Assembly (NCBI GenBank): GCA_043799675.1
Contig: JAZDNN010000027.1
Span: forward strand, 2,589 to 66,588
DNA from: Candidatus Aenigmatarchaeota archaeon
Lineage (GTDB): Archaea; Aenigmatarchaeota; Aenigmatarchaeia; Aenigmatarchaeales; JACQIB01
DNA: 64,000 nucleotides
Reading direction: 5' to 3'
Positions within the stretch are counted from its first letter, which is position 1. Every line of letters starts with the position of its first letter. The notes under the pieces are model-generated. The model saw nothing but the letters and a program-made list of their open reading frames with translations. It searched no databases and was not told where the DNA came from. Made by a program: the position numbers and the translations under genes. Positions 52,044-61,700 of the stretch are shown here, one piece after another.

Positions 52044-53126
52044 TCAAGCACCCATCCAGTCCTTGTTCTTGATTTTATCCGGGATGTACTTGTCCGACAG
52101 GAAAGTGATGCCCTTGCTGGTGAATGCCGCAAGTTCGACCTTACCCTTCAGTGCCAGCATCTTGTCGAAGAATAGCTGCCATTTCTTGTCCTCCTTGAAC
52201 CAAGGATAGTTACGTATCTGATCCAGCCTCTTCAGGTCCATGTCATTGAAGTGCACTAGATGCCTGCCGAGCTCGTATTTCTTTACGTCGTCCGGAGTGA
52301 GGCCCAGATACCGGATGTCCGGTATGGCCAGCCGTTCGCTGATATGGGCGAGCCCTATGCTTCCCGAACGCAGGACGCTGTAGATATATGTTCCCCACGG
52401 GTCGAGGTCCACCAGCACGTAGATAGGGAGCTTGTGTTCCTCGTGCAGCCTCTGCAGCAGCCTTCTTACCCCTCTTGTTGCCTGCCCCTGACTCGCAATG
52501 ATTATGCAGCTGAGCTTCTCCCAAACCTTGTCCTCATGCATCCTTTCCCACTCGGCCGCTTTCTCGGCGTAGATGACGAACTTAGCATTCACTTTCTTGA
52601 ACTGGATGTCCTCCACGTTGCTGGGTATGCTCCATCCGCCCGAGCCCAGCTTGGACCAGTCGATGATGTCTCCCTTGTCCTCGATTATTATTTTTCCCGC
52701 GGCGCTGCCGTTCTTGTTCGCGTTGATGTGCAATTGTTCACGGCTCACGCCCGTGATGAGTTCCAGGTCCTCGACCGCCTTGTTGCTCTCTTCCTGCTCG
52801 TCCACCACGTTTATCTGGGTTCCCGGTATCGTCCTCTTCATCCTGTAGAAAATTTCTCGGAGGCTGAGATGCTTGCCCGCTTCCAGCAGGTCCTTCGCGC
52901 TTGCCGCCGCCTCTATCGTCTGGACGAACTTGCGCACGTGAGCGACGTTGAAGAAGAAACGTTTCGCCGTCTTGTTTCCGAGGGTTATGAAGCCGCTCTT
53001 CTGGTCATAACTCACGTTGCTGAGTGCTCTCACAGGAACATCCAGCGTCGGGTTCTTAGCACCCTCTATGTCTTTCGCGAGCTTCGTTCCGACAAGCTTG
53101 ATCTTGCTTTTTGATTCGTCCTTCAT
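52044..53126 (-). CDS. top6A: DNA topoisomerase VI subunit A (Spo11 family)
   Basis: A winged-helix 5Y-CAP region (REIFYRMK with the catalytic Tyr context) is followed by a Toprim block (IIIASQGQATRG...LVDLDPWG). Confidence 0.9.
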   Translation of the reverse strand: MKDESKSKIKLVGTKLAKDIEGAKNPTLDVPVRALSNVSYDQKSGFITLGNKTAKRFFFNVAHVRKFVQTIEAAASAKDLLEAGKHLSLREIFYRMKRTIPGTQINVVDEQEESNKAVEDLELITGVSREQLHINANKNGSAAGKIIIEDKGDIIDWSKLGSGGWSIPSNVEDIQFKKVNAKFVIYAEKAAEWERMHEDKVWEKLSCIIIASQGQATRGVRRLLQRLHEEHKLPIYVLVDLDPWGTYIYSVLRSGSIGLAHISERLAIPDIRYLGLTPDDVKKYELGRHLVHFNDMDLKRLDQIRNYPWFKEDKKWQLFFDKMLALKGKVELAAFTSKGITFLSDKYIPDKIKNKDWMGA

Positions 53127-55021
53127 TATTCTCCCTCTTCCTCTTTCTTCTTCTCTGGTTCAGGCAACTTTTCCGCATCCGTTGACTGCTCCGCTTCCTT
53201 TATCGCGTCGCCTTTCTTTAGCATTCCCAGCAGGGCCGCCTCGAGCTTGCCCTGCTGCGTCTCCGCAAGCTTCGCTATGGCCTCGGCGGCAATCGGTATG
53301 TAACGTTCGAACAGGTTGGTCCGCTGCGCGGCGTCCTCCTTTCTCTTCCTGCCGGCCATGTAATGCTGCAGCCTCCTTCCGGCCTCCTGCAGCGCGAGCT
53401 TCATTTCCTTGATTATGACAGGGTAAGGGTCGATGGCCTCCTTTGCTTCGCTGATGTACGGTATCCAGACGCTGGCCATGTGCACGGCGACTATGACCGG
53501 TCCGCTCGGTATACCCGATTGCTGCTCCATCCCGTAATGCCGCCAGTCGACCTTCTGCACCGATTTGGTGGTCGCGCAGCTTGCCGCCTGGTAAAGCAAA
53601 GGCACTCTGTTTGCGAACCTCATTATTTTTGCCGAGTTCTGCTGTTTCAGCGCCTCTCCGCCGTAACCTATCACCACTTCTATCTGGAACGGGTTCCCCC
53701 TATACACCGACGGAGGTCTTGTCACGGCCGCAAGGAATTCCGGCTGGTATTCCTTTTTGATGCCTTCCATGAACGTTTCCTCGCCTATCGGGCTCAGGCA
53801 GTCCGTCGGCGGTTTCATGAACGCGTACGACTGCATCGTTCTCCACAGCCTTTCCACCTGTTCGTGGTCGAGCGTGTTCGGTTTGAGGTCCAGCTTCACC
53901 TTTGCAAGTTTACATACCTCCGCAGCCGCCTGTCCTCCGACCCTTACGAATTCGTTGCCCAGGAATCCGGAGAGGCTCCTGCTGTCGGTGAGTTTCAGCA
54001 TCCGTTCGAGCATCCCCATTTCCACGCCGTGCGGGTGGGGTTTGATTGACCGTGCCTGTGGCGGGAGCTGTTCGACAGCGCGCTTGTATTCGAACGTTTC
54101 CCCTTCGGGACTCCGGTAGATTATGTTTGCGAACGGGTTCACGGCGGCCGTCTGCTTGATGTATTCCTCGACGCTGTGGTGCCTCTGTATCCACTTGCCT
54201 TCCACTTCCAGTTCGATTCTTATTCCGTGTTCCTTGGTTCCCGACTCGCCGTTGAAGTGTTTCATCTGCTTCTCTTCGATTATGATGGGTTCGTTCTTTG
54301 TGGTGTCTATCCTCAGCTCGTAGTACCATATCGGTTTGTTGCTTGCTGTTCTCGACCATATCTTTGCCGGCTTCCCGGTCGTGAGCTGGCTGTACAGCAA
54401 GGCCGCACTGATGCCTATCCCCTGCTGCCCCCTCCCCTGCTTCCCGCCGGCGAACTTGCTGCCGTAAAGCAGCTTCCCGAAAACCCGCGGTATGTGCTCC
54501 TTCATTATTCCCGGCCCGTTGTCCTCCACCGCGATGAGGAACCTGTCCGCCGGCTGCTTGGCCACTTTCAGTTCCGTCCGGTTCCTGTAGGCTTCGTATG
54601 CCTCCTCCTCGTTTTTCCTGAAAATCTTGAGCTTGTAAGTTGCATCCCCGTGCTCGAAGATGAAGCTTATTTCGCCCTGTCTCGGTTCCTTGATTTCAAT
54701 TAGCTTTCCCTTCTCGTCCCCTATACTCAGTTCCGCCTTTCCTTCCTCCCGTATCATCTGTCCTATCTCCCCGGCCTTCTCGTCAATCAGCTTGAAGGTC
54801 TGCCTCGGTTCCTTGATGCTTATCCCGATTTCCGGCAGTATCCTCGCGTCCTCGCACGCGTCGAGGCTGTTGTCCACCGCCTCTTTTACCACGGTAAGCA
54901 GGGCTTTTGCCGGGTTGTCAAAGCCGAGAAGGTGCCGGTTCTTCTCGAAGAATTCGGCTATGCTTATCTCCCTGAGCTTCGATGCCAGTTCCTCCGCGCT
55001 TCTTATCTTGCTTTCAGCCAT
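53126..55021 (-). CDS. top6B: DNA topoisomerase VI subunit B
   Basis: The GHKL/Bergerat ATPase motifs are VKEAVDNSLDA, DNGPGI and GQQGIG, followed by a transducer domain. The gene is coupled to top6A by a 1-nt overlap. Confidence 0.9.
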   Translation of the reverse strand: MAESKIRSAEELASKLREISIAEFFEKNRHLLGFDNPAKALLTVVKEAVDNSLDACEDARILPEIGISIKEPRQTFKLIDEKAGEIGQMIREEGKAELSIGDEKGKLIEIKEPRQGEISFIFEHGDATYKLKIFRKNEEEAYEAYRNRTELKVAKQPADRFLIAVEDNGPGIMKEHIPRVFGKLLYGSKFAGGKQGRGQQGIGISAALLYSQLTTGKPAKIWSRTASNKPIWYYELRIDTTKNEPIIIEEKQMKHFNGESGTKEHGIRIELEVEGKWIQRHHSVEEYIKQTAAVNPFANIIYRSPEGETFEYKRAVEQLPPQARSIKPHPHGVEMGMLERMLKLTDSRSLSGFLGNEFVRVGGQAAAEVCKLAKVKLDLKPNTLDHEQVERLWRTMQSYAFMKPPTDCLSPIGEETFMEGIKKEYQPEFLAAVTRPPSVYRGNPFQIEVVIGYGGEALKQQNSAKIMRFANRVPLLYQAASCATTKSVQKVDWRHYGMEQQSGIPSGPVIVAVHMASVWIPYISEAKEAIDPYPVIIKEMKLALQEAGRRLQHYMAGRKRKEDAAQRTNLFERYIPIAAEAIAKLAETQQGKLEAALLGMLKKGDAIKEAEQSTDAEKLPEPEKKKEEEGE

Positions 55022-55024
55022 ATT

Positions 55025-55138
55025 CTAGCACCTGCTGCCTCGGGCAGCAAAATTATTTTTGGCAACTCTGTTGCTCATGCTAACCATGCATCTCCCGCCT
55101 CTGGCGGCAAATATTCTCTTGGCAAATTTTTTGCTCAT
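55025..55138 (-). CDS. 37-aa mini-ORF made of two tandem 17-aa repeats, ending 3 nt before the top6B ATG (uORF-like); alternatively two RNA hairpins
   Basis: My translation is MSKKFAKRIFAARGGRC-MVS-MSNRVAKNNFAARGSRC*. The DNA repeat has a ~60-nt period, each unit preceded by TAGCATGAGCAA. Each unit contains a hairpin: CCGCC-aga-GGCGG in one and GCTGCC-cga-GGCAGC in the other. Confidence 0.4.
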   Translation of the reverse strand: MSKKFAKRIFAARGGRCMVSMSNRVAKNNFAARGSRC

Positions 55139-55148
55139 GCTATTCCCC

Positions 55149-55625
55149 TTACTTCACTTTCTCAAGCCAGCGGTTCACCGTAGGTATCTCCGCGCCTTTT
55201 ATTATCATTTCTATCGCTTCCCTCGCATTGTGCGCTTCCTGCCAGCCACCTATCACGCTGACGGTCTTCCCGTACACGCTTATGCGGGTATTTGTTATTT
55301 CTTCCATCCGTTCCCTCATCCTTCCGCCGGTACCTATGATCCTTGCCTTGATTTCTTTCTGCCTTTTCTCGTTCAGACCGCCGAGCTCGATTATTTCCAG
55401 TGTCTGGTCCTCCCCGAGTAGCTTCCATGCCCTTTCGGGGCTGAAGCCGCGTCCGACCGCCTTGACGAAGTTCCTTGCGGTGAGCATCCCGAGCCCTTCG
55501 CCGTCCAGCATCACGCCGTTGCCTTCGATCCTTATTTTCACTCCGGTCTCCTTTTCCAGCCTGTTCAGGACCTCCTTCGTCAGGACGCCGACCCTTTCCT
55601 CCGGAACCAATAGCGCTTCCATCAT
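55149..55625 (-). CDS. KH-domain RNA-binding protein (Dim2/Pno1-like)
   Basis: There are two KH-like modules (GVKIRIEGNGVML...; IIGTGGRMRERMEEITNTRISVYG). The gene lies immediately downstream of a RIO kinase gene, which is a conserved archaeal pairing. Confidence 0.8.
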   Translation of the reverse strand: MMEALLVPEERVGVLTKEVLNRLEKETGVKIRIEGNGVMLDGEGLGMLTARNFVKAVGRGFSPERAWKLLGEDQTLEIIELGGLNEKRQKEIKARIIGTGGRMRERMEEITNTRISVYGKTVSVIGGWQEAHNAREAIEMIIKGAEIPTVNRWLEKVK

Positions 55626-55636
55626 GCTCTCACCCG

Positions 55637-56380
55637 TTAAAAAGGATTTATGACCTCCGCCATAGCCTTTTCAGCATCTGCTTCCGCTCCCGCTTTCCTG
55701 GCCCAGTTCACCACGTTCTTTATGTCCCGCTCGAGAAAAGCCGTTGCGGACGGGTGGTCTTTGACGACCGCCTGGCTGAAATCTATCAGCCACGGCTTTC
55801 CTTCCCAAATCAGGATGTTGTACGCGCTCAGGTCGCCGTGAACGATGTTCGCCCTGCCCCAAAGCAGGCGCATCTGCCGGATGATGTCATCGAAGATTTC
55901 CTGCGGATTTTCCGTTTCGGTATCGGTCAGTCGCGGGGCCGGCAGCGGAAGCTCGCCTATGAATCCGATGATAAGGACGTTGTTCTTGACCGCCACCGGT
56001 TCGGGACAGTTCACTCCCGCCGCCCTCGCCCTCTGGAGGTTCTTGAACTCCTTCATCGCCCAAACCCTGATTATGCACGCCCTGTCGTTCTTCACGCCCC
56101 TGAATCGCGGGTCCCCTTCCAGGTAGGGCTGCATCTTCCTGAAGTTCGCGGCTTCGACCGCATACACCTTTATCGCTATCGGCCCCTTCGCTCCCTTGCC
56201 CGCCAGGACCTTGCTCTCCTTTCCCTCCTTTATCACGCTGTCAATGCTCGCTATCTTCCCGTTCTGGAGCATCTTTGACAGCGTCTGTATCGTCCTTCCG
56301 TCAAAAACGCCGCCGAAGGTCTTCCTGAGCTCCTTCGGGTCCGCCAGGCTCTCCTTCCATTTCTGTCGCGTCATCGGCAA
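55637..56380 (-). CDS. rio1: RIO-type serine/threonine protein kinase (Rio1-like)
   Basis: SVIKEGKESKV..IAIKVY is the ATP-binding Lys region. IVHGDLSAYNIL is the catalytic loop and LIDFSQAV is the metal-binding D. No N-terminal wHTH is present. Confidence 0.85.
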   Translation of the reverse strand: MPMTRQKWKESLADPKELRKTFGGVFDGRTIQTLSKMLQNGKIASIDSVIKEGKESKVLAGKGAKGPIAIKVYAVEAANFRKMQPYLEGDPRFRGVKNDRACIIRVWAMKEFKNLQRARAAGVNCPEPVAVKNNVLIIGFIGELPLPAPRLTDTETENPQEIFDDIIRQMRLLWGRANIVHGDLSAYNILIWEGKPWLIDFSQAVVKDHPSATAFLERDIKNVVNWARKAGAEADAEKAMAEVINPF

Positions 56381-56474
56381 ACCGCCTGTTTGCCGGATGC
56401 TGGAAAGGATATTCCTTCACTCATTTCACCAATTCGGCTGCGGAGTTTATATCCCTTCCATGCATTTTGGTCCC

Positions 56475-56798
56475 ATGGGAAGGTGGGCGCGAAACAGCGG
56501 GCTGACTGACAACATGCTGGCTGTTCATGATTACGTCATGCAGAATCAGGGGGCGAGCTTCTCGCAGATAGCCAATACCCTCCTTCTGAAGAACGGAACG
56601 GCAAGGTACAGCATAGAAACACTCGAACATGAGGGTTTCATGTCGAGAAAACGCGACGCAGGCGACGACGGAAAGAAGTCGAATCAGCGCTACTTCGCGC
56701 ACGGGAATCCCGGTGCGGTGCAGGGAAGGCACGCCCGCGGTCAGGAGAAGAGGTGTGCAGATCATGTGGCCGAGGATGACTACGAAGGCACCTTCTGA
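56475..56798 (+). CDS. winged-helix (MarR/ArsR-like) DNA-binding protein
   Basis: MLAVHDYVMQNQGASFSQIANTLLLKNGTARYSIETLEHEGFMSRK is a wHTH. I chose ATG 56475 because it lies ~25 nt after a GTTTATATCC box. The upstream part of the track ORF overlaps rio1. Confidence 0.55.
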   Translation: MGRWARNSGLTDNMLAVHDYVMQNQGASFSQIANTLLLKNGTARYSIETLEHEGFMSRKRDAGDDGKKSNQRYFAHGNPGAVQGRHARGQEKRCADHVAEDDYEGTF

Positions 56799-56802
56799 AG
56801 GG

Positions 56803-56991
56803 TCATTCGTCACGGATGACGGAAAAGCTTACCGGCACCTGGGGGACTGCGAACGGCCTTATCGGTGCCTGGCAATGGTCGTGCTGCACCAGCCTCTCCG
56901 CGCAGTTCTGGCAGAAGTCCGCCCTGCATGAGCCGCATTCCCATCGCGGGAAGTCGGAGGTGCTGCCGCAGCCTGCGCAGGTGTATTTCAT
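56803..56991 (-). CDS. small Cys-rich zinc-finger protein (62 aa)
   Basis: MKYTCAGCGSTSDFPRWECGSCRADFCQNCAE has three CxxC pairs in the first 30 residues. Confidence 0.45.
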   Translation of the reverse strand: MKYTCAGCGSTSDFPRWECGSCRADFCQNCAERLVQHDHCQAPIRPFAVPQVPVSFSVIRDE

Positions 56992-57116
56992 ACATAATTA
57001 GTGTCCCTGGGTCTGTAAAACGGCTCCTTAACTGCGCCAGGCGGGTGACAGCGTTTTGCCGAATTCGGCAGGTGACGTAAAGTGCGGCATTTATTTGCGG
57101 CCTGTCTATCATTCTG

Positions 57117-57335
57117 ATGGAAGATGTCCTGCGGAAGGTCGTTGGGCTGTTCGAGGCGGACAGCGGGCTGAAGGTGCACAAGCTGGTTGATTTTCACGTC
57201 CCGTTCTTTTCCGAGAAGGACCTCACCATTGAGGTCGCGATAAAGGGAGACAAGAAGAACGTATTCATCCGCTTCACCGAGGACGGGAAGCTGCTGGATT
57301 GGGGCTGGATAATCCCTTCCGGTCACGCACAGTAG
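57117..57335 (+). CDS. hypothetical small protein (72 aa)
   Basis: This clean ORF lies directly upstream of the Cas4-like gene on the same strand. I recognise no family. Confidence 0.4.
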   Translation: MEDVLRKVVGLFEADSGLKVHKLVDFHVPFFSEKDLTIEVAIKGDKKNVFIRFTEDGKLLDWGWIIPSGHAQ

Positions 57336-57365
57336 CAATAAAACCTCCGAAAGCACTAACTGCAT

Positions 57366-58085
57366 GTGCTCGATTTCAACAAGCTGATTGAAAATCATCT
57401 GACGCGCGAGTTCAAACCGAAAACCGTCGGTCGCTACTATCCGAGCGAGATAGGGAAGTGCCTGAGGGAGACGTGGTATTCGTACAAGTTTCCGCTGCCC
57501 ACCCCTCTGGACAGGCTGATGATATTCGAGGCGGGCAACATCATGCACCATTTCGTGGCCGAGGTGATGAGGAGCGACAAGAACCCGCAGGTGAAGCTCC
57601 TCGAGAGCGAGCTGCCGTTCAAGATAAGCATCCGCGATTTCATAATTTCCGGCAGGATAGACGATCTGCTGCTGGTGGTTGCCGATAACCGGAGATTGCT
57701 GGTCGAGGTGAAGTCAACCTCCCGCATAGACCTGACCAACGAGCCTCAGCCGCAGCACATGGTCCAGCTCCAACTGTATCTTCATGCCCTGAAGGATTCC
57801 CATCAGGTAAGCGACGGAATCCTGCTTTATGTCGAAAAGAACACCCTGCAATCAAAGGCTTTCCACGTGAAGTATGACGAGAGGCTGGCCGCCGAGGCGC
57901 TTGACCGCTTCAGCAAGCTTCATAATTTCATTGCCGCGAATTCGCTTCCGTTCCCGGAGGCGAGGATAAGGGACGATCTTTCCTGGATGTGCAGGAAGTG
58001 CGACTTCAGGGAGCGCTGCTTCAAGGAGACGCCGGACACCTCGTTGAAGGATTTCACAAACGGCGGCCTGCAAAAGAAATTGTAA
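57366..58085 (+). CDS. Cas4-like PD-(D/E)xK exonuclease with a 4-Cys cluster (stand-alone)
   Basis: The N-terminal Cys is in YPSEIGKCLR. The nuclease core is GRIDD...LVEVKS, followed by the QLQLY motif. The C-terminal Cys cluster is CRKCDFRERC. This matches the DUF83/Cas4 architecture. No CRISPR array or other cas gene is in the window. Confidence 0.75.
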   Translation: MLDFNKLIENHLTREFKPKTVGRYYPSEIGKCLRETWYSYKFPLPTPLDRLMIFEAGNIMHHFVAEVMRSDKNPQVKLLESELPFKISIRDFIISGRIDDLLLVVADNRRLLVEVKSTSRIDLTNEPQPQHMVQLQLYLHALKDSHQVSDGILLYVEKNTLQSKAFHVKYDERLAAEALDRFSKLHNFIAANSLPFPEARIRDDLSWMCRKCDFRERCFKETPDTSLKDFTNGGLQKKL

Positions 58086-58221
58086 ACAGCCACAAAAGGC
58101 CTTCTTTAAGCGTGTAAAAACCTTTTGCGGCCTTTTCAGCGTATGGGAGTTCGTTAACCGTCGTTCCTTCAGCAACTTTATATCCTTCCACCGCCAGTTA
58201 GAGTGGAAGGCGGTCGATGAA

Positions 58222-58380
58222 TTGAAGTGTAATATCTGTAATACCCCTCTGAATCTCAAGAACATCGGTTACGTCAAAGCTGTCCACGGTGACAGGGAAT
58301 ACGAGTGCAGGCGCTGCCACGCGCACAGGCGCGGACCCAAGACCAAGAAATTATCCGGCAGCTGGATGCTGATAACATAA
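58222..58380 (+). CDS. candidate 52-aa zinc-ribbon ORF with a TTG start
   Basis: My translation is (L/M)KCNICNTPLNLKNIGYVKAVHGDREYECRRCHAHRRGPKTKKLSGSWMLIT, giving CxxC-x22-CxxC. A TTTATATCC box lies ~40 nt upstream. There is no in-frame ATG. Confidence 0.3.
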   Translation: MKCNICNTPLNLKNIGYVKAVHGDREYECRRCHAHRRGPKTKKLSGSWMLIT

Positions 58381-58423
58381 GCGTGACCGAACGGTCGCCG
58401 TTTTCTCTTTTTCCGCTTTTCAT

Positions 58424-58564
58424 CTATCTGGCTTTGCCGATGAACGGGGTCAGGAAAAACAGGAAGAACGCAAAAAAGGCATAGTACAGCGGCTCGTTCT
58501 GCGTCAGTCCCAGGAATCCCAGGCATCCCATCAGTCCCCAGTACCAGTTCTGTTTCATTTTCAT
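58424..58564 (-). CDS. candidate small membrane protein (46 aa)
   Basis: MKMKQNWYWGLMGCLGFLGLTQNEPLYYAFFAFFLFFLTPFIGKAR has two hydrophobic segments with a GFLG motif. The start was chosen at an internal Met of the 88-aa track ORF. Confidence 0.3.
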   Translation of the reverse strand: MKMKQNWYWGLMGCLGFLGLTQNEPLYYAFFAFFLFFLTPFIGKAR

Positions 58565-58731
58565 GCGAATAGCAAAGGCTGCTCCGTTTAAATATCCCTT
58601 TCGGACAGAGGCTATCGGAAATAACAGCCTCCGCAGGAGACAAATCATTTTAATACCGCTCGGGGAGAGTCTGGTTCGCGCGCAACACATGAACCACTGA
58701 AATTTAAGCGTGCGCCGCGAAATGCTGCCCT

Positions 58732-61700
58732 GTGATTCCCTTGGATGCCATAAAGACCAGAACGAGCGAGAACAGCGAACAGCATCTTGAGGCCAGTGCG
58801 GCCAGGCTCGCCGAGACTTCCCCCCAGTTGAAGAAGCCGCTCGTGACCGAGAACCAACTGAAGGTGATAAAGGACAAGTATTTGCGCGACGACCCGTCGG
58901 TGGATATCTGGCTGTGGAGGGTTGCCGAAAACATCGCCCTGTCCGAACTGCTCTATGATTCTCTTGTCCCGCGCGAGGACATCCTTGCCGGAGTGAGCCA
59001 CAGGCTCGAAAAGGTGGAGGCAGGCGATGCGCGGGGGAGCGAGCGCCTGCTGCTTCATGCGGGCATCGACGATCACAACACGCGGCTGGCCAACCACCGC
59101 CGCTTCATTGCGAACCTGTACAAACTGGCAAGGGAACATCCGCACGCGAAGGCCGTGGTGAGGGAGCAGGCCCTGCATTTCTACGAGCTGATGGCCGCAT
59201 GGGACTTTTTGCCGAACTCCCCGTGCCTGATGAATGCGGGGAGGGCCTTGCAGCAGCTGAGCGCCTGTTATGTCCTGCCGATCGAGGACAGCATCGAGGG
59301 CTGGGGCGATACCGTGAAGAACACCATGATAATTCATCAATGTCTGGTTCCGGAGACGTTGGTGATGACCGACGCCGGGCTGGCCGAGCTTGGCACGGTC
59401 ACGGATAATCATCATATCCTGACCCATCTAGGTCCGAGACAAGTGTCCGCCACCTATCGCAACGGCCGCCAGCCAATTTTCAAAGTAACCACCGAGCACG
59501 GCTACGGACTTACCGGCACCGCCGAGCACAAGCTGCTTGTGATTAATGAAACGGGGCTTCCGGCATGGCGACCCATCAGCGAGCTTCGGCCCAGTGATTG
59601 GTTGATGCTGTCTACCGGCGGCTGGCACGGCGGTGTCAGAGAATTGCCGCCGTTCGAATGGAAGCCGAAGGCCGGCAGGAATCGCACGAGTTTCAAGGCC
59701 CGGGACATCAGGCTGCCCACTGAGATGAGCGAAGAGTTTGCAGAACTCATCGGCCTGTATATCGGCGACGGCAGCAACCATCGCGACGGCATCCGTTTTT
59801 CAATCGGTTTCGATGATGCCGATTTGGTCGCGCGCATAACCGAGCTGAGCAAGAAGATGTTCGGAGTGGACCCCGTGGTCTCGAAGAAAAGGGATGGCAG
59901 GTGCTACGAGGTCGCCTTGCTCAGCGTCAAGCTCAAGGCATGGATGGCTGCTATCGGGGTGACCAAGAGTTCGGCCAATGATGCCAGCATACCTGGGATT
60001 GTACGGCGGGCCGATGAGCCGGTTATTTGCGCCTTCCTGCGCGGACTGTTCAGCGCCGATGGCTGCGTGCGGCAGAAGGGATATATAACCTTGGCGACAG
60101 TCTCGCACAAGTTGCTGGACCAGGCGCAGGTTGCCCTGCTACATCTGGGCATCCCTACGCGTAATCTCCGGCTCAGCACAGGGGTGTGGCAACTCAATGT
60201 CTGCAGCCGGCGGGGATTCGAGCTGTTCAGGGAGAAGATAGGTTTCATGGCTGCGCGCAAGCAGGGGCGCTTGCTTGCGGTCGACTCCAGCAAGATTTTC
60301 ACGCGCCGGGAATACCTGCCGCGACAGATTGAGCGGCTGCGCGAGTGGTATGACGGCCTACCCAAGCATGTCAAGGCAGATATTCGGACCAATCATTTGC
60401 TGGAGTTCCAGTATCAGGGCCGCGAGCTGACCGTACAGAAGTTGCAGCTCCTAGCTGATACCTATCCTGCTGAGGCGGTAGACTGGTTCGGGGAACTCCT
60501 GGACGGCCGATTCTTCTATTCCCGAGTCCGTGCTGTGGAGCCAGCCGGAAAGGCGGACGTTATTGACCTAACGGTGCCAGGTATTCATGCCTATCTGGCC
60601 AACGGTTTCATTTCCCACAACAGCGGAGGCGGCACCGGTTTTTCCGCCGGGCGCGTGAGGCATCGGGGCGACACCGTGAAGAGCACCGCCGGGATAGCGA
60701 GCGGCGCCTTGAGTCCGTTCATCCTCATCAATCAGGCGACCGGCCTGGTCAAGCAGGGAGGGACCAGAAGGGGCGCGAACATGGGAATCCTTCCCTGGTG
60801 GCATCCTGACATCGTCGAGTTCATAGATTCCAAGCAAGAGGAGGGCAAGCTCGAGAACTTCAACATCTCGGTCGCCCTTGACGCGCGCTTCATGACGGCC
60901 GCAGAAAACGACGAGGAGGTCGACCTTGTCAGCCCGCGGACGAAGCAACCGGTAAGAAAAATCAGGGCGAAGGACCTGTTCGACAAGATAATCAACAATG
61001 CGTGGAGGACCGGCGACCCGGGCGTGATTTTCATGGACAGGATAAACGACAGCCTGAGCAACCCGACGCCCGCCTTGGGCGAGATAGAGAGCACAAATCC
61101 TTGCGTGGCCGGCGACACGCTGGTGTACACCGGTTCCGGTCTCATGACCGCAGGGGAGCTTGCCGCGAATCCGATTCCGATGTCCCTCGGCATTACGGTC
61201 GATGGCAGGATGAGCCCTGATGCCATGCTGCCGGCTAGCAACGTGTTTTGGACAGGCAGGAAGCCGGTCTACCGTCTGGTAACACAGGAAGGTTATTCGA
61301 TAAGGCTCACCGGAAACCACCGCGTGATGACCGACCGTGGATGGGTTGAGGCCAGGGACCTTATGCCGGGCGACAGGATTCATATTTTATCCAGAAAGGG
61401 CGGATTCGGCACGAAGGGCGACCTCGATACCGGTCGGATAGCTGGACACGAATCGATGGAAACAATATCAGATGACATCATTGCAGCTTCAGAGGATTTC
61501 CAGCGTGGATTCTTGCAAGTGTTATTCACGGATTGCGGACAAATCGATGAAAATGGCATCCATCTCAGAAAGACAAACGTTATACATGAACGCATACAAC
61601 AGATGCTTCTGAATTTTGGTATATATTCAATAGTAAACAAGGATGAGCTCCATATACGGACGGAACAGACTAAAGATTTCCATCGTGAAATCGGATTCTT

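Noticed and set aside
51290-52132. Integrase or prophage junction at tRNA genes (also checked around 19951..20094 and 39548..39669)
   Set aside because: I looked for tyrosine- or serine-recombinase ORFs and direct repeats of tRNA 3' halves next to all three tRNAs and found none. The adjacent AT-rich genes are LAGLIDADG endonucleases. The 5' extension of the cmk track ORF (52028..52132) is spurious.
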